Of a stretch of 64,000 bases of DNA, positions 15,308 through 26,900 are shown piece by piece. Positions within the stretch are counted from its first letter, which is position 1. Each line of letters opens with the position of its first letter. The position numbers were made by a program, and so were the translations under genes. The stretch is from assembly GCF_001949145.1 (NCBI RefSeq), contig NW_019091355.1, positions 3,702,646 through 3,766,645 of the forward strand. The letters run 5' to 3'. The notes beneath the pieces were generated by a model. It had not been told where the DNA came from. It worked only from the letters and a program-made list of their open reading frames with translations, and made no database searches. The stretch is from Acanthaster planci. Taxonomy: Eukaryota.

Positions 15308-16124
15308 NNNNNNNNNNNNNNNNNNNNNNNNNNNNNNNNNNNNNNNNNNNNNNNNNNNNNNNNNNNNNNNNNNNNNNNNNNNNNNNNNNNNNNNNNNNNN
15401 NNNNNNNNNNNNNNNNNNNNNNNNNNNNNNNNNNNNNNNNNNNNNNNNNNNNNNNNNNNNNNNNNNNNNNNNNNNNNNNNNNNNNNNNNNNNNNNNNNNN
15501 NNNNNNNNNNNNNNNNNNNNNNNNNNNNNNNNNNNNNNNNNNNNNNNNNNNNNNNNNNNNNNNNNNNNNNNNNNNNNNNNNNNNNNNNNNNNNNNNNNNN
15601 NNNNNNNNNNNNNNNNNNNNNNNNNNNNNNNNNNNNNNNNNNNNNNNNNNNNNNNNNNNNNNNNNNNNNNNNNNNNNNNNNNNNNNNNNNNNNNNNNNNN
15701 NNNNNNNNNNNNNNNNNNNNNNNNNNNNNNNNNNNNNNNNNNNNNNNNNNNNNNNNNNNNNNNNNNNNNNNNNNNNNNNNNNNNNNNNNNNNNNNNNNNN
15801 NNNNNNNNNNNNNNNNNNNNNNNNNNNNNNNNNNNNNNNNNNNNNNNNNNNNNNNNNNNNNNNNNNNNNNNNNNNNNNNNNNNNNNNNNNNNNNNNNNNN
15901 NNNNNNNNNNNNNNNNNNNNNNNNNNNNNNNNNNNNNNNNNNNNNNNNNNNNNNNNNNNNNNNNNNNNNNNNNNNNNNNNNNNNNNNNNNNNNNNNNNNN
16001 NNNNNNNNNNNNNNNNNNNNNNNNNNNNNNNNNNNNNNNNNNNNNNNNNNNNNNNNNNNNNNNNNNNNNNNNNNNNNNNNNNNNNNNNNNNNNNNNNNNN
16101 NNNNNNNNNNNNNNNNNNNNNNNN
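15308..16124. other. Assembly gap
   Basis: Run of N. Confidence 1.
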
Positions 16125-18408
16125 TAGAAGGAGACAGTCATGATATGTTTACACTTTATTCGCAAAAAAAAATTATCCAGCTCCCTCACCCTTGAACCTT
16201 GCCAGTAGAAAGGTTTCTGTTTGTGGGTTCAACCTCACCATTAAAAAAAAAAAGGTTTTCTAGAAAAAAAAAAAAACGGATGATCCAAATGGATTATCTC
16301 CTTGAAAACTAACAATCTTCTGGCTGCAGGATCCTGGATTTGAAATGCAACATAATCTAAATTCTAGCACTCCAAACACCAAGGTGTAAACAAATGACAA
16401 AAGTACAAATCCATTGTCTGGGGATACCTGCACCCACAGTGGGATAATCTGAAATGGACACAGAGTCTCTTTTACACAGTGAGTAAGGTGTCAGGAAATG
16501 CTGGGGGCCATTTGATTTCCTCGTCATACATCAATGCAGATATACCATAACAACAAACATACATGTATCTGTGCACGAGAACAGTTCGCACATGGGCTCA
16601 ATTGGGCCTACGGCGAAGGGTCGTGATCACCTGATCTCAACGTGATCTACTGTGAATTTATGAAAATCATCGGCAGGAATATTGTCTATCCTTGTTCCAT
16701 GTCCTGCAATTTGGCCACAGAGAGACACGTATTCACCATTTAAGGTTAGTATCGTCCTTCTCACCAACATTTTTAAAAAGATATTATTTCATGCCCCAAT
16801 CTTGGCCTAGCTGAGCCATTTTTTAATGGGATCAGATCCCATAAAATGAGTCTCGGAAACACTTCTCCATCATATATTTTCCCAATACAAAAGAGAGAAT
16901 GTTGTAAGCTCTGTCTTGATTCAATCCTCAGTTTGTGCATCCAAATGTCAAATAAAACTACATTTTATTGCAAACATAAATGACACTGCCAATTTAGTTT
17001 TGGAAATATTGTAGTTATGTCCAATACGTCTGTCGCAGGTCATAAAATTTGAGGATTATTCTCGACAGGATGTACTGAAACAAACAGTGTGTACGAAGGG
17101 CAGGTGTTTTATTGAGGTGTATACTCGCCCTCAACAAGTTCAAAGAACTCTGGCCTTCTATCAATATTATGCTTCACCAGCCAAGCTCACTTTTTTTTTC
17201 TTTTCTTCTCAGCGACTGAAAATGGCTCATGTTGGGTGTCGACGCACAAGACAAATGCTTCCAGACTTCACTGAAAGAAGGCTGGCATCTTGTTCCAAAA
17301 TTTCCAAACAAGGTGTCAGTGCAGATTAGAGAAATCAAAGTCCGGAACCAGACACAGTGCTTCCCGTGAGTTGAACAAGAAAAATATTTTTTAGGGGGAT
17401 TCTTAGTTAAAAATGAACCATTTCATTTCACGCACATCTCCGTAAAACGTCCACTGCACAACCACAGGCCACATATGGGCCAACTTCATTTTTCTACCAT
17501 GCTAGCAGGACTTTCACACTAACTAGCAACTTCAGCTTTGAAACACTGTAGACATATGTACGCTTTTTCCCAAATGGAATCATCAATATTCTTCATGCAA
17601 CATACGCAATTCATATCAAAAGGCACAAGCCCCAAACTAGCCATTTTTTTTAACCACAGTTACAAAACTGAGCAGTCAATCATTTATCCCTTCATTGTTT
17701 ACAAGCACAAGCAACCAAAATGTAAGGGGACACATTTTAAATGGGAACCAGTTCAAAAAATATGGGACTGGGTATCCCAAACTACATGTAGCTGTCAAGA
17801 TCATTTCTTAACATTTTAGAAGGGAGAGGGAAAGGCTTTGAATGGTTTTAGTGGAGACATTAGAAATTAAAATCATGCCAGATGGAATGTCCAAAACGAA
17901 GTTCATGTTTATGTGCATTAGCAGTGAATGTTTGGGGTAAAATGGAATGAACAATTTGAACACATTATTTTATGCAGTACACTTGTTCCTCTTTATATTT
18001 AAATATGGGTTTCTTTTATGGGTACCCGAGTGGAAATGCTTACTTCAATGGAGGACACTACCCAGTTCTGACACTACTTTACCATTAAATGCACACCACC
18101 AACCAGTATGTCGACCTCTTTGCGACAAAGTGTACTGTAGAACTCTCCTACTTGACTTTACCATCAAAGACAAATCGCACAGTTTCATCTTTTGAACAAA
18201 TGGTAAGATCAGGCATGAACCTTAAGCATGCTCTTCAAAAACCAAGTTCAACTTCAAGCGATTTAATGCAATAAAAACAGCCAATGTGGTTTTCTAGTTA
18301 ACAAGGGTCGAGTGATCATGTAATAAATATCAAAAAACCTGTCTGGCCTTGGCACATAGATACTGATTTGGAATGTTTTTCACACGTGTGTGGGAGAAAG
18401 ATAAAAAA

Positions 18409-18432
18409 AATAATAATAATAATAATAATAAA
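18409..18432. repeat. (AAT)n microsatellite
   Basis: About 7-8 AAT units. Confidence 0.85.
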
Positions 18433-20785
18433 AATGACGACTGCGATCCTCTTGCATCCCCCCTCCCCCCACACACAAATCTTGTGCATGCTTTCTTGTT
18501 CATCCATCTGGATAACTCTCCAGAGTGTGACGGCTGCCTGAAGAATTTCCATTAAGTGTGTGTGGCTATTATGGGATTTTTTTTTTTTTTACCTCTTTGA
18601 TTCACGGCAGACATGGGGAAAACGCAAACTGGAAAACAGCCTCTGTGCAATTGCCATGAGCCGGCACTAGAAGTAGTGACAATTGCTCTTGTATCATCCT
18701 GCTTATTTTGTGCATACAAGGCAACGATTTGTTTCGTACCATTTTTTTGCTTTCGTATGGACAGATATGCAAGCAGGGCAGAATCTGTGTCTTCTTATTC
18801 TGCTCTGTTAGTAAAGGTTTTTATGTTATGACTAGCACACAGCCAAGGTCTTTTTACGAAAACTGGTTGAGGACATCTGACAGAGAAGGCAAATTGGCTC
18901 TCCTCGTGTCTTTGCCAGGTGCTCACATGAAAATGGCCAGCTTGCCCAATAGGTAATTAGGCATTTCACAATGCTCTCATTTCTGGGGGCGAGAATCTCA
19001 ATCTCTAAATGCGAGCGTTCGTTACCATTAGCACCCTGTTCCTATAATAAGGAAACAAAGTCCACTTTCTCAAACTAACATTTTGACCTTAAGGAACCAT
19101 TAGTCAATCCTGATAGGCCTAGTTTAGGTAAATTTTGACAATATTTAACCCCAACACTCCCAAATCCTCCAATTTCAATACTATTTTACATAAACTTACT
19201 TAAACTTAGGGTTAAACAAGAAAACTTCAAATTTCTAACTCGAGTTTGGCAAAAGACAACCACTCAGTCCGATGACGTCATTTTGTTTTTCGTCTGGTTA
19301 CCAGGCTTTTTGGATTCTGTTTATGTTTATCTGTTTATGCAAACTGAATGCTTCACGTAGGTCTAACTTCTAGGGCCGTAGAATTTGAGTCTTCTCAGCC
19401 TATGTATCCACCTTGAATGCTAATACACTACCGGTACATGTATACGTACACGTTATTATTTACTACTGATGTTGTGGCCAAACAAATGTTCGACTATTTC
19501 TGTCTGATTAAAAGCAAATGATCAGTGGCTATGTAGCTGATATATAGGAGTGAATCGAGGTCAAGTGGTTGATATCTATAAAACTATTGACGTGTTATTA
19601 TATGATTCAGACAGCAGTAAAAATTTATTATCTGCTAGCCACATGACTGTATTCAGTACCATAAATGATGTACATGGCCAGAGTGCGGGCTGTTTACTGC
19701 TCATACAACATCTTATTATTTCATGGCACGTTCTTAACTCTTAACTTTCAGCATGAAGGTACATGCACGTGTAAACAGCAACCTGCTGAAAGTAATCAGA
19801 ACTGTTAGATATGTAACAGTTGGAAGGGTATTTTGCCAGAAAAATTGCAACAACTACATGGATCTGGGTTCGCCTTGCCATCAGACTTTTGCTGAGATGT
19901 ACACAATTGTTTGAAGGTCTTCTTTTAAAGTAAAGTTGGGCTTTTTCCTCATTTTTTGACAGAAAACTTATGAGAAAATCTTATTCAGCAAGACTTTCCT
20001 ATCAGACCATTAAAATTTAAACACAAACGAATGAAATCCCCCTAAAATAAACAAGAGCCCCCTTTTAACTTAGCTTGTGACCTCTGAAAATTGAGATGAT
20101 CCAGAATGGAAATACCCTTTATATTCCCCTGATACATTTAATCACTGATGCAACATAGTTCATATGCATGTTTGACATTCACTGCATGCCCGCAATTTTA
20201 AGTGACTGTTATGTGTTAAGTTCATAACTGACAGCGAAACCCCATGCATGTTTTAATGGACTTGGAGAGTGCAATACCAAACATATCAGAAGTATCTTCA
20301 AAACCAGTAGCACTGCAGTCTTTACAAAGTTCACAGCAAGGGTAATTAGGAATAATACTGCCAAAATGGTGCTGATACTGTAAATTGATAGCACATGTAC
20401 AGTCTATAGGCCTGCAGTATGTAGGCCTACATGCGTACCTTGTACGTTCTAAGTACACCGGGCACATACTTGGTGCACAGTGTGCGTTAGAGTACGGCCA
20501 TTTTGAGCCATTCGTGTCCTTCACGACAGCTCAAATTTCGCTGTTTCTCTGACCGCACAATGGCGATGCCAGCCATTGAGCTAGGCGACATGACTCTCCA
20601 TGACTTGCACGTGCAAAATGGAGGGGCCTTAGCAGCGCTGTCAGCCGCCAAAACCACCAGGTCATCGCGTTTACTGAGTCATACTATGCCATTTACACGG
20701 TACAACACAGCGGGTATTATGTACAGCACACAGGCAATCCAATAGCCGTGCCATGCCGCGTTTCCACGGTACACACATTACGTAC

Positions 20786-20873
20786 CTTCACCAACGGGGA
20801 GTCCATGGAGTTTCTTAGCCCGTCCGTCCTTACTCGAATCGGCATAGTCGCTGGGTCCCAGCCGCTTATTCCT
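20786..20873 (-). CDS. TCF7L2: TCF/LEF coding exon 2 (88 nt)
   Basis: Acceptor tgtctttactacAG, open in frame with exon 1, donor AAG|GTACGT, phase 1. Confidence 0.75.
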
Positions 20874-21208
20874 CTGTAGTAAAGACAACAAGCGAGAATA
20901 AGTTGGTTTTGGGGTAGTTTGGGATGCCAGGGACCGTTCAGGGGTGGTTTGGACCGTCAGTGGGGTCTATAGGGAATGGGGAAACGTACCTGTGAACTTG
21001 TGCTTGATTTGTTGGAGCCACTACTCGAGCATTCCCCCTCGTACGCGTTCACCAGGCTGGACTTCTCGTCGTTGAGATGGTCGAAAGATTCCCGGACTCC
21101 CACAGCATTCTCGCTGATTTTCTCCTCCTGTTCTCCTTCGGTGTGGTAGGTCTTGGTCTCGTCCGGGGGCCCATCGTCTTCGCCACTACGGCTGGGCTGC
21201 CCTGGCAT
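20786..21208 (-). CDS. TCF7L2: TCF/LEF (Tcf7l2/pangolin-like) transcription factor, 5' partial; join of 21208-20990 and 20873-20786, remaining exons not found in window
   Basis: Spliced translation MPGQPSRSGEDDGPPDETKTYHTEGEQEEKISEN...DHLNDEKSSLVN...STSSQ|RNKRLGPSDYADSSKDGRAKKLHGLPVGE matches the TCF beta-catenin-binding domain (vertebrate DELISFKDEGEQEEK..SEN...DLADVKSSLVN). GT-AG intron 20989-20874. HMG-box exons must lie left of position 1 or in the gap. The symbol denotes the closest vertebrate-type name for a single invertebrate TCF/LEF. Confidence 0.9.
20990..21208 (-). CDS. TCF7L2: TCF/LEF coding exon 1 (beta-catenin-binding domain, 73 codons)
   Basis: ATG at 21208; 219 nt ending CAG|GTACGT, phase 0. 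Confidence 0.9.
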
Positions 21209-21329
21209 TGTACGGCCCGGGTTTTAAAAAAATCCACGGGAGGAAAAAAATCGCGGCGAAACCGTTTCAAGTTGACTCCACTTTCTTTCCACGTCCCACG
21301 TCAATGAACCCCAACCATTCAGTTGTGTA

Positions 21330-21530
21330 CAGACGCAAAGGCGACCGGCCAACATCAAAAGACTCGGCGCCCTGTGATTGACAGCCGGCCGTGTCAGCTG
21401 GGGGCCAGTGTAGCCAATCAATTAACGAAGCATTCTGTGATGTCATGCACACCAGATTAATATTAACTACATTTCCGCCGCGATTGAAGGCCAACTGACC
21501 AATCGTGTGTCGATCAGCTTGATTTATGTG
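21330..21530 (-). promoter_or_regulatory. TCF/LEF proximal promoter region
   Basis: CpG-rich region just upstream of the ATG. Contains TGATTGACAG (Pbx/Meis-Prep decamer, 21375-21384), CCAAT boxes (~21414, ~21499), TGATTTAT (Hox/Pbx, 21520-21527) and a near-TCF site ACATCAAAAG (21352-21361). Confidence 0.55.
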
Positions 21531-23960
21531 GGATTATAATGAATATGGAGTAAAATTCCAGACATTCCAAGCCCCTGATACGGCCGCTGCTAAGGCCAGC
21601 GTGCGGTATCCAGTCCGCCTGCTAGATAAACAAGTGATTTTCTGTGCGCAGTCTAGTTGAGGATGCCTTCTAGTTTCTTGATGGCGCGATACTATACATC
21701 GGCGATCAAAAAAAATATACAAGATGTTTCGAGAGGGAAGCGGCATCAGGGTGCTAATCGTATGCAAATGTATGAAAATACTTTGGCAGTGCTTAAAGCG
21801 TTACACACAGCGCAATACTACTGAGTAATTCCTGCTAATTGCAGTGATTTAGGAAAGGTGTGACCCAGACGCTTAATAACCCATCGGCAAATTAGCTGAT
21901 TAACGAAGTCTGGCAGTGCAAGTCGGCCATATCACCCTAAATACAAGCCCCAGGATCAGACAGTGAAATCACACCGCACCGGCTAAACACTCAGCAGTGT
22001 GTGTGCGCCCGAGACCGGATGTACCAGCAGCGCGTGAACTTGAAATAAACAGACATGGAACACTTCGTGCGCCGTGTCAGTCATAATCTTATCAAGTCGC
22101 ATATCTCGGTAGTCAGGATTTAGTATGGTGCGATAGGGGCTTTGTCACATCTATGGACTTATTAAAGGCACAAGGCAGGATTTATTAAGGGAAAGCTGGC
22201 GTCTAGCCTCGCCAGGATATCATATTTGTATAAACACAGGCCACTGATTTATTATTCCCCCAAAAGTTCTGGATCGTTCCTACAGGAAAGATACAGAACT
22301 ACACACTGGAATATACAACAAAGCTTCTAAATATCTGTGTTTTTAAGAAAGCATGATTATCTGCGTTCTCTTTTCAGTGGTAGATCAATATAGGATTACA
22401 TGTATAGCTGTCTAACGATGATGGAAACATGATGGCATCATAGTGATGACTACCACCACTAATATTAACTTTGCAGTTAAGCAAATATTTGTGTTTTTGT
22501 TCAAGGTATTTACAATGTCTGGGTGTTAATGACAAATACAGAGTAGACCTATCATAAAATGTGAATTGAATTATTATAATGTAATATTAATAAATAGCAT
22601 TTGATAGATGGAATAAAACGACATTTTTTCTGTAACAAGTGTAACTAAAGCAGTGTTTTCAGGTAGGTTAAATGCGCAGTCATTATCTACTGACTGTCCG
22701 TTACTTAATTACGAGTCGCAATAACACATCTTGCCATTACATTTTGCTTGTTCGCAAAAGTCATTTCGTCCTTAATGATAGAATTTTTCTCCCTTGACTA
22801 CTATTATTTCACCCTATCAATATGAACATTTTTGCAAAACTTATTGCTTGCGGTAAGTGAAATAAGGCAGGTGCATTATGTCAAAAGCCTCTTGTTCCTG
22901 GTATTAATTTTCAAAAAATCTACAATGGTCGTTCTGCTAAAGGGGTCGTGTCGCGTTGAACAACCTCAAGCTCCATTTCATAAAGAAAACAAAACAAGAC
23001 AAAACACGGAGATTGATGATGTCAGCTTTTGCTCCACCCTACTTCAGGGTTGAGCCACCATGTTAAAAAAGTGACATTGGGGAAAGCGAAAATAAGATCA
23101 AAACAACAGTATCGCAGGGTTTGTGAATCGGTAACTTGGGACGAGTCAACCATCACGCCCGCCTCCCACACACGCTCTGCTGACCGATTTCTAAATCCTA
23201 CTTTTTCCTTCTTTATAGAGACAGAATTATTTCTTCTCGGCAATTCGTAGTCGTGGTAGTTGGCGCGTTTTGTGGTTGAGTGGTTTTGTTATTTATCGAG
23301 CGGGAGAGAGTGTGTCGAAATTAATTTGGAGTGGCATGAGAGAGCAGGCCTCGCGTGTACGACGGAGGGGCAAAAGGAGGGCGAACGTGGGGGGGGGGGA
23401 GGAGGCGGGCGATGAGCTCAAATTCGCCCATGGTCCGAGACAGCCTAGGGTGCTACCTGAACTCAGCGGTGTGTACTTTTTTGCCATTTGCTGGTCAGCT
23501 GGAACCGCTACTATTAGCCTTTATAAAACCCGAAATGTTTGCTTTAAAATGGAAGTCATTATTACTTTCCTGTACACTCAATGACTCCAGGTATTTCTTA
23601 TACGTTTGTCGCTTGAATTTTGAAGTAAAAGATGGCTCGTCAGCCAGTTCCACAATTTCTGATGGCAGAATTTGGCTTTCTGCGGAAAAAAAATCGTCGA
23701 TTGCAACATATTTGGAAAACTAATCTGTATCAAAAATGTTTTCATTCAAAATCTTTATAAACGCAATTACCTGATTGTAATTCTGAACCGATTTGACAAT
23801 TTTTCACAATTTTTTGATCAGCTGCTCTTTTTAACTGTTACTGGGGTATAGATAGATAGCCAAAAAATTAAATTAAGATTTGCTTATACTGAAAGAAATT
23901 TCAGTCATTTTGGAGATTTAATGGGACACTTGTAAATGCTTTTGTTGAAGCACAACACGT

Positions 23961-23987
23961 CCGCCAAGCGAACAGATCAAAGGCCGG
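23961..23987. promoter_or_regulatory. TCF HMG site with adjacent GC-rich Helper-like sequence
   Basis: AGATCAAAGG (full TCF consensus) at 23974-23983 directly followed by CCGG; CCGCCA at 23961-23966. Confidence 0.45.
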
Positions 23988-26900
23988 GCAAATGACTACG
24001 CACTATTGGGGGCGCTGTTTCATTTGCGCGACGTTGGGGGGGGTGATATTAGACTGCGAATGAATCTCTGATGTTGGACTGGAGCTGGGCCTGTGCCACC
24101 CCAACAGAATGTGTACGTGGGAACACGCTGGGATTTGACATAGCCAGGGTTCAGGTAGCCTGGTTTGGACACGGCTTCGGCCGAGTTACCTGGCTGTACC
24201 CACAGCTAACACGCATGCGTCCCTTGGAGATGGCTCGGGAATCTGCGTTCTAGCACCTGGCCAAGTAATTTAGACGCAGCCCAACTCTTAATACACAGCT
24301 TAAATACTGCTGGTGTTTTTAACTGGTGTAAGTGTATCAACCTGAGAGACCCGAGACTCGGACACTAGCTGTTGCCTGTGATTTTGATTTTTTTCCCAGG
24401 ATGCACTTTCATGCAGATATGATAAATAAAAAGGGGCCGTTAAAGGGGTTTCCCTTGTTCAAGAGAAAGTTTTGCTTGTTGGTTGGTTGGTGGGGCAGAG
24501 GGGCTTGAAGGAATTTCTGCAATGGTCAGTGTTATGGTGAGCTGAGCACTGAACACGAATTTCATGAGGGCATGTCTCCTCCTATTTTTACATGAAATAT
24601 ATAATTATAAATATTACTATAAATAAATAATTTTAGTCACATTAAGTGGGTCCAATGGAACTTTCAATGGGAATGCACAAACTTAAAATCAACTTTCATG
24701 ATTGTACAATGATCACACACTCATCGCGAGACGCTCCACTAAGTACACGAAATTGTCCAACGCCACATCGGTCCACACAAAATCCGTTCATCGCCGAGAA
24801 GAAAAATCAGGAGATCCAAAACATGACAAACAGCAAAACGATTTTTTGGAATGTTTATGTTATGTCAGAACTGAAGACAGTGTCTGTGTGCACTCAATAA
24901 TTTTGAAGGGACATTTTGCAGTGGTGAAATAACAGCATGCTGTTCTTATAATACGTAGGATAAAAGATTATAAGAGAATTGGCAGTTGCTGAAAGAAGAT
25001 TTCACGCGGTGCGAGCGATTACAAGAAGGAAGAATCTAATGGTGATAATGGGTCTCTCCGCGGTGCCCGTTAGCACGGACACCCTACCAGGTGCTTCAGG
25101 CCCCCGCAAACAAGACTCGCTGGCCCATCATTTTTCCCCTCTCTCTCGCAGTCCCTTTTAGATTTAAGTCTTGAGTCCAATTACGCGTCATATTTCGTGA
25201 AGCATGATGGCGATTATCGGTGACCATACATAAACCTGCATTGTTAAAGGCGCGGCTAAATCTGACGGCGGTGTAGGACGGGCTGCGTGCTGCCGAGGCG
25301 ACGTGTACTTTTCAACACTGCCGCGTCCATGCATGGGGGGGGGAATCCAAAACGAGATTCGGCGCTGCGAACGAAATATACAACGACGGAGACTGGCGAA
25401 ATGGAGGCAGGTACGATCTAAAAAGCCAAACAACACGGCATCAGGCTGGCTCGCAGACTGAGAAGGAAAAGAGCGCTGGATAGAGAAGAGAGGAGAGGAG
25501 AGAGAGATGTGGAAGTTGTGAGGAAAAATCGATGAAGATGTGATGTCGATGACCCGAAGTAGGGAGACGAGCATATAGCGGGGTTAAGTCTGTCTTATAA
25601 CTGGTGATATTGGACCGCGCGCATGAGACAAGACGGGGGGGGCTAGACCGTGCTTTGACGGCGGCGTGCGGAGGGGCACAAACCACGGCTGCATCATCAA
25701 CGGCATCAGTTCATGCACGAACGCGTCTGCTGTGGCATCGTCACCGTACCAGTCAAGCTTTTATTCTTGCCTTCAGGGAAAATTTTGAACTCAAAATAAG
25801 CTGTGTACGAAACATCCGAACGAAATTCGTTTCTTGTTGTCAGCTTTTGGTCCATATTGCTTTGCAAAGCTAATCTAAAGTGTAAACTGCGTTAAAATTA
25901 GTCCTAATTATCTTAACGTCCGACCTACGATTATGACCATTAAAAGTGCTCTAAAAGAAACGCGGAAAACCTAGGATAGGCGTCTTTGGAAAGACATGTG
26001 CAGTTAAACTGAATAAAGAATGTCTTTGGTTGTTTGCGACAATTGTCCGTAAGCGTCAGGAGTGATGAGCGCAGTCACACGGGAAAACTGACGGGGGTTG
26101 AGTCCATGGTTGGCAATTTCATAAGCCGAGTTTGGTCTGTGCGATTACTTTGAACGTTCGACCAAAGGTTTACGAGACTAAAGCGTGGACAGAGCTAGGG
26201 GGACCTGTACGTCACTCACTGCTTTATGACATCGCACTGTACACGCGTCGAAGAGACACAAGCGAGCTATATAGATAATCATATTTATCATCATTTCAGA
26301 GGATGAACCCGAGCCATTTGCGTCGCAAGCTTGAGACACCTCCAAAATCGCTCGATATCATCACCCCGTGAGTCCATTGTGGCGCACTCGCCAAGAGCTG
26401 GTTTTGACAGCAGATCTTTTCTTCTGACAGACGGCACTCCTCTTGTCCTCCTGCCCGTGTCGCGACTCCAACTCACCGGGGCGCAGTCCGGGTTGGCGCG
26501 GTGGGTGTCAACGGAGTGGCGCCTGGCAAGAGAGTGACAGAAGAGAGACGAATGCACGGGCAACACTAGATCCCTGAGATTGGCACAGAGTGATCGTACT
26601 TCCTTAAAGGAGAATATTTTCCCCTCAGGCTTGTTATAATGGATCGCCATTTTGCATGTTTGTGACGCTGATAAATTGCCAACCCAACAAAAGAAACCTC
26701 TGCTCTTTTGAAGGAATTTGAAAGGACAGGAACTGGTCCTGAATTAAACAAACCCTATTATTTTAGGTGTATTATTAAAACTGTGGTTAACGCTATCACA
26801 GAACCAGGGTACAGTATTAAGGTAGCGCCGGAAACAACAGCGTGTTAAATTGAGCGTTTCTGTAGAACAGCAAACACAAGAGAAAGTGGAAACCAGTGAA

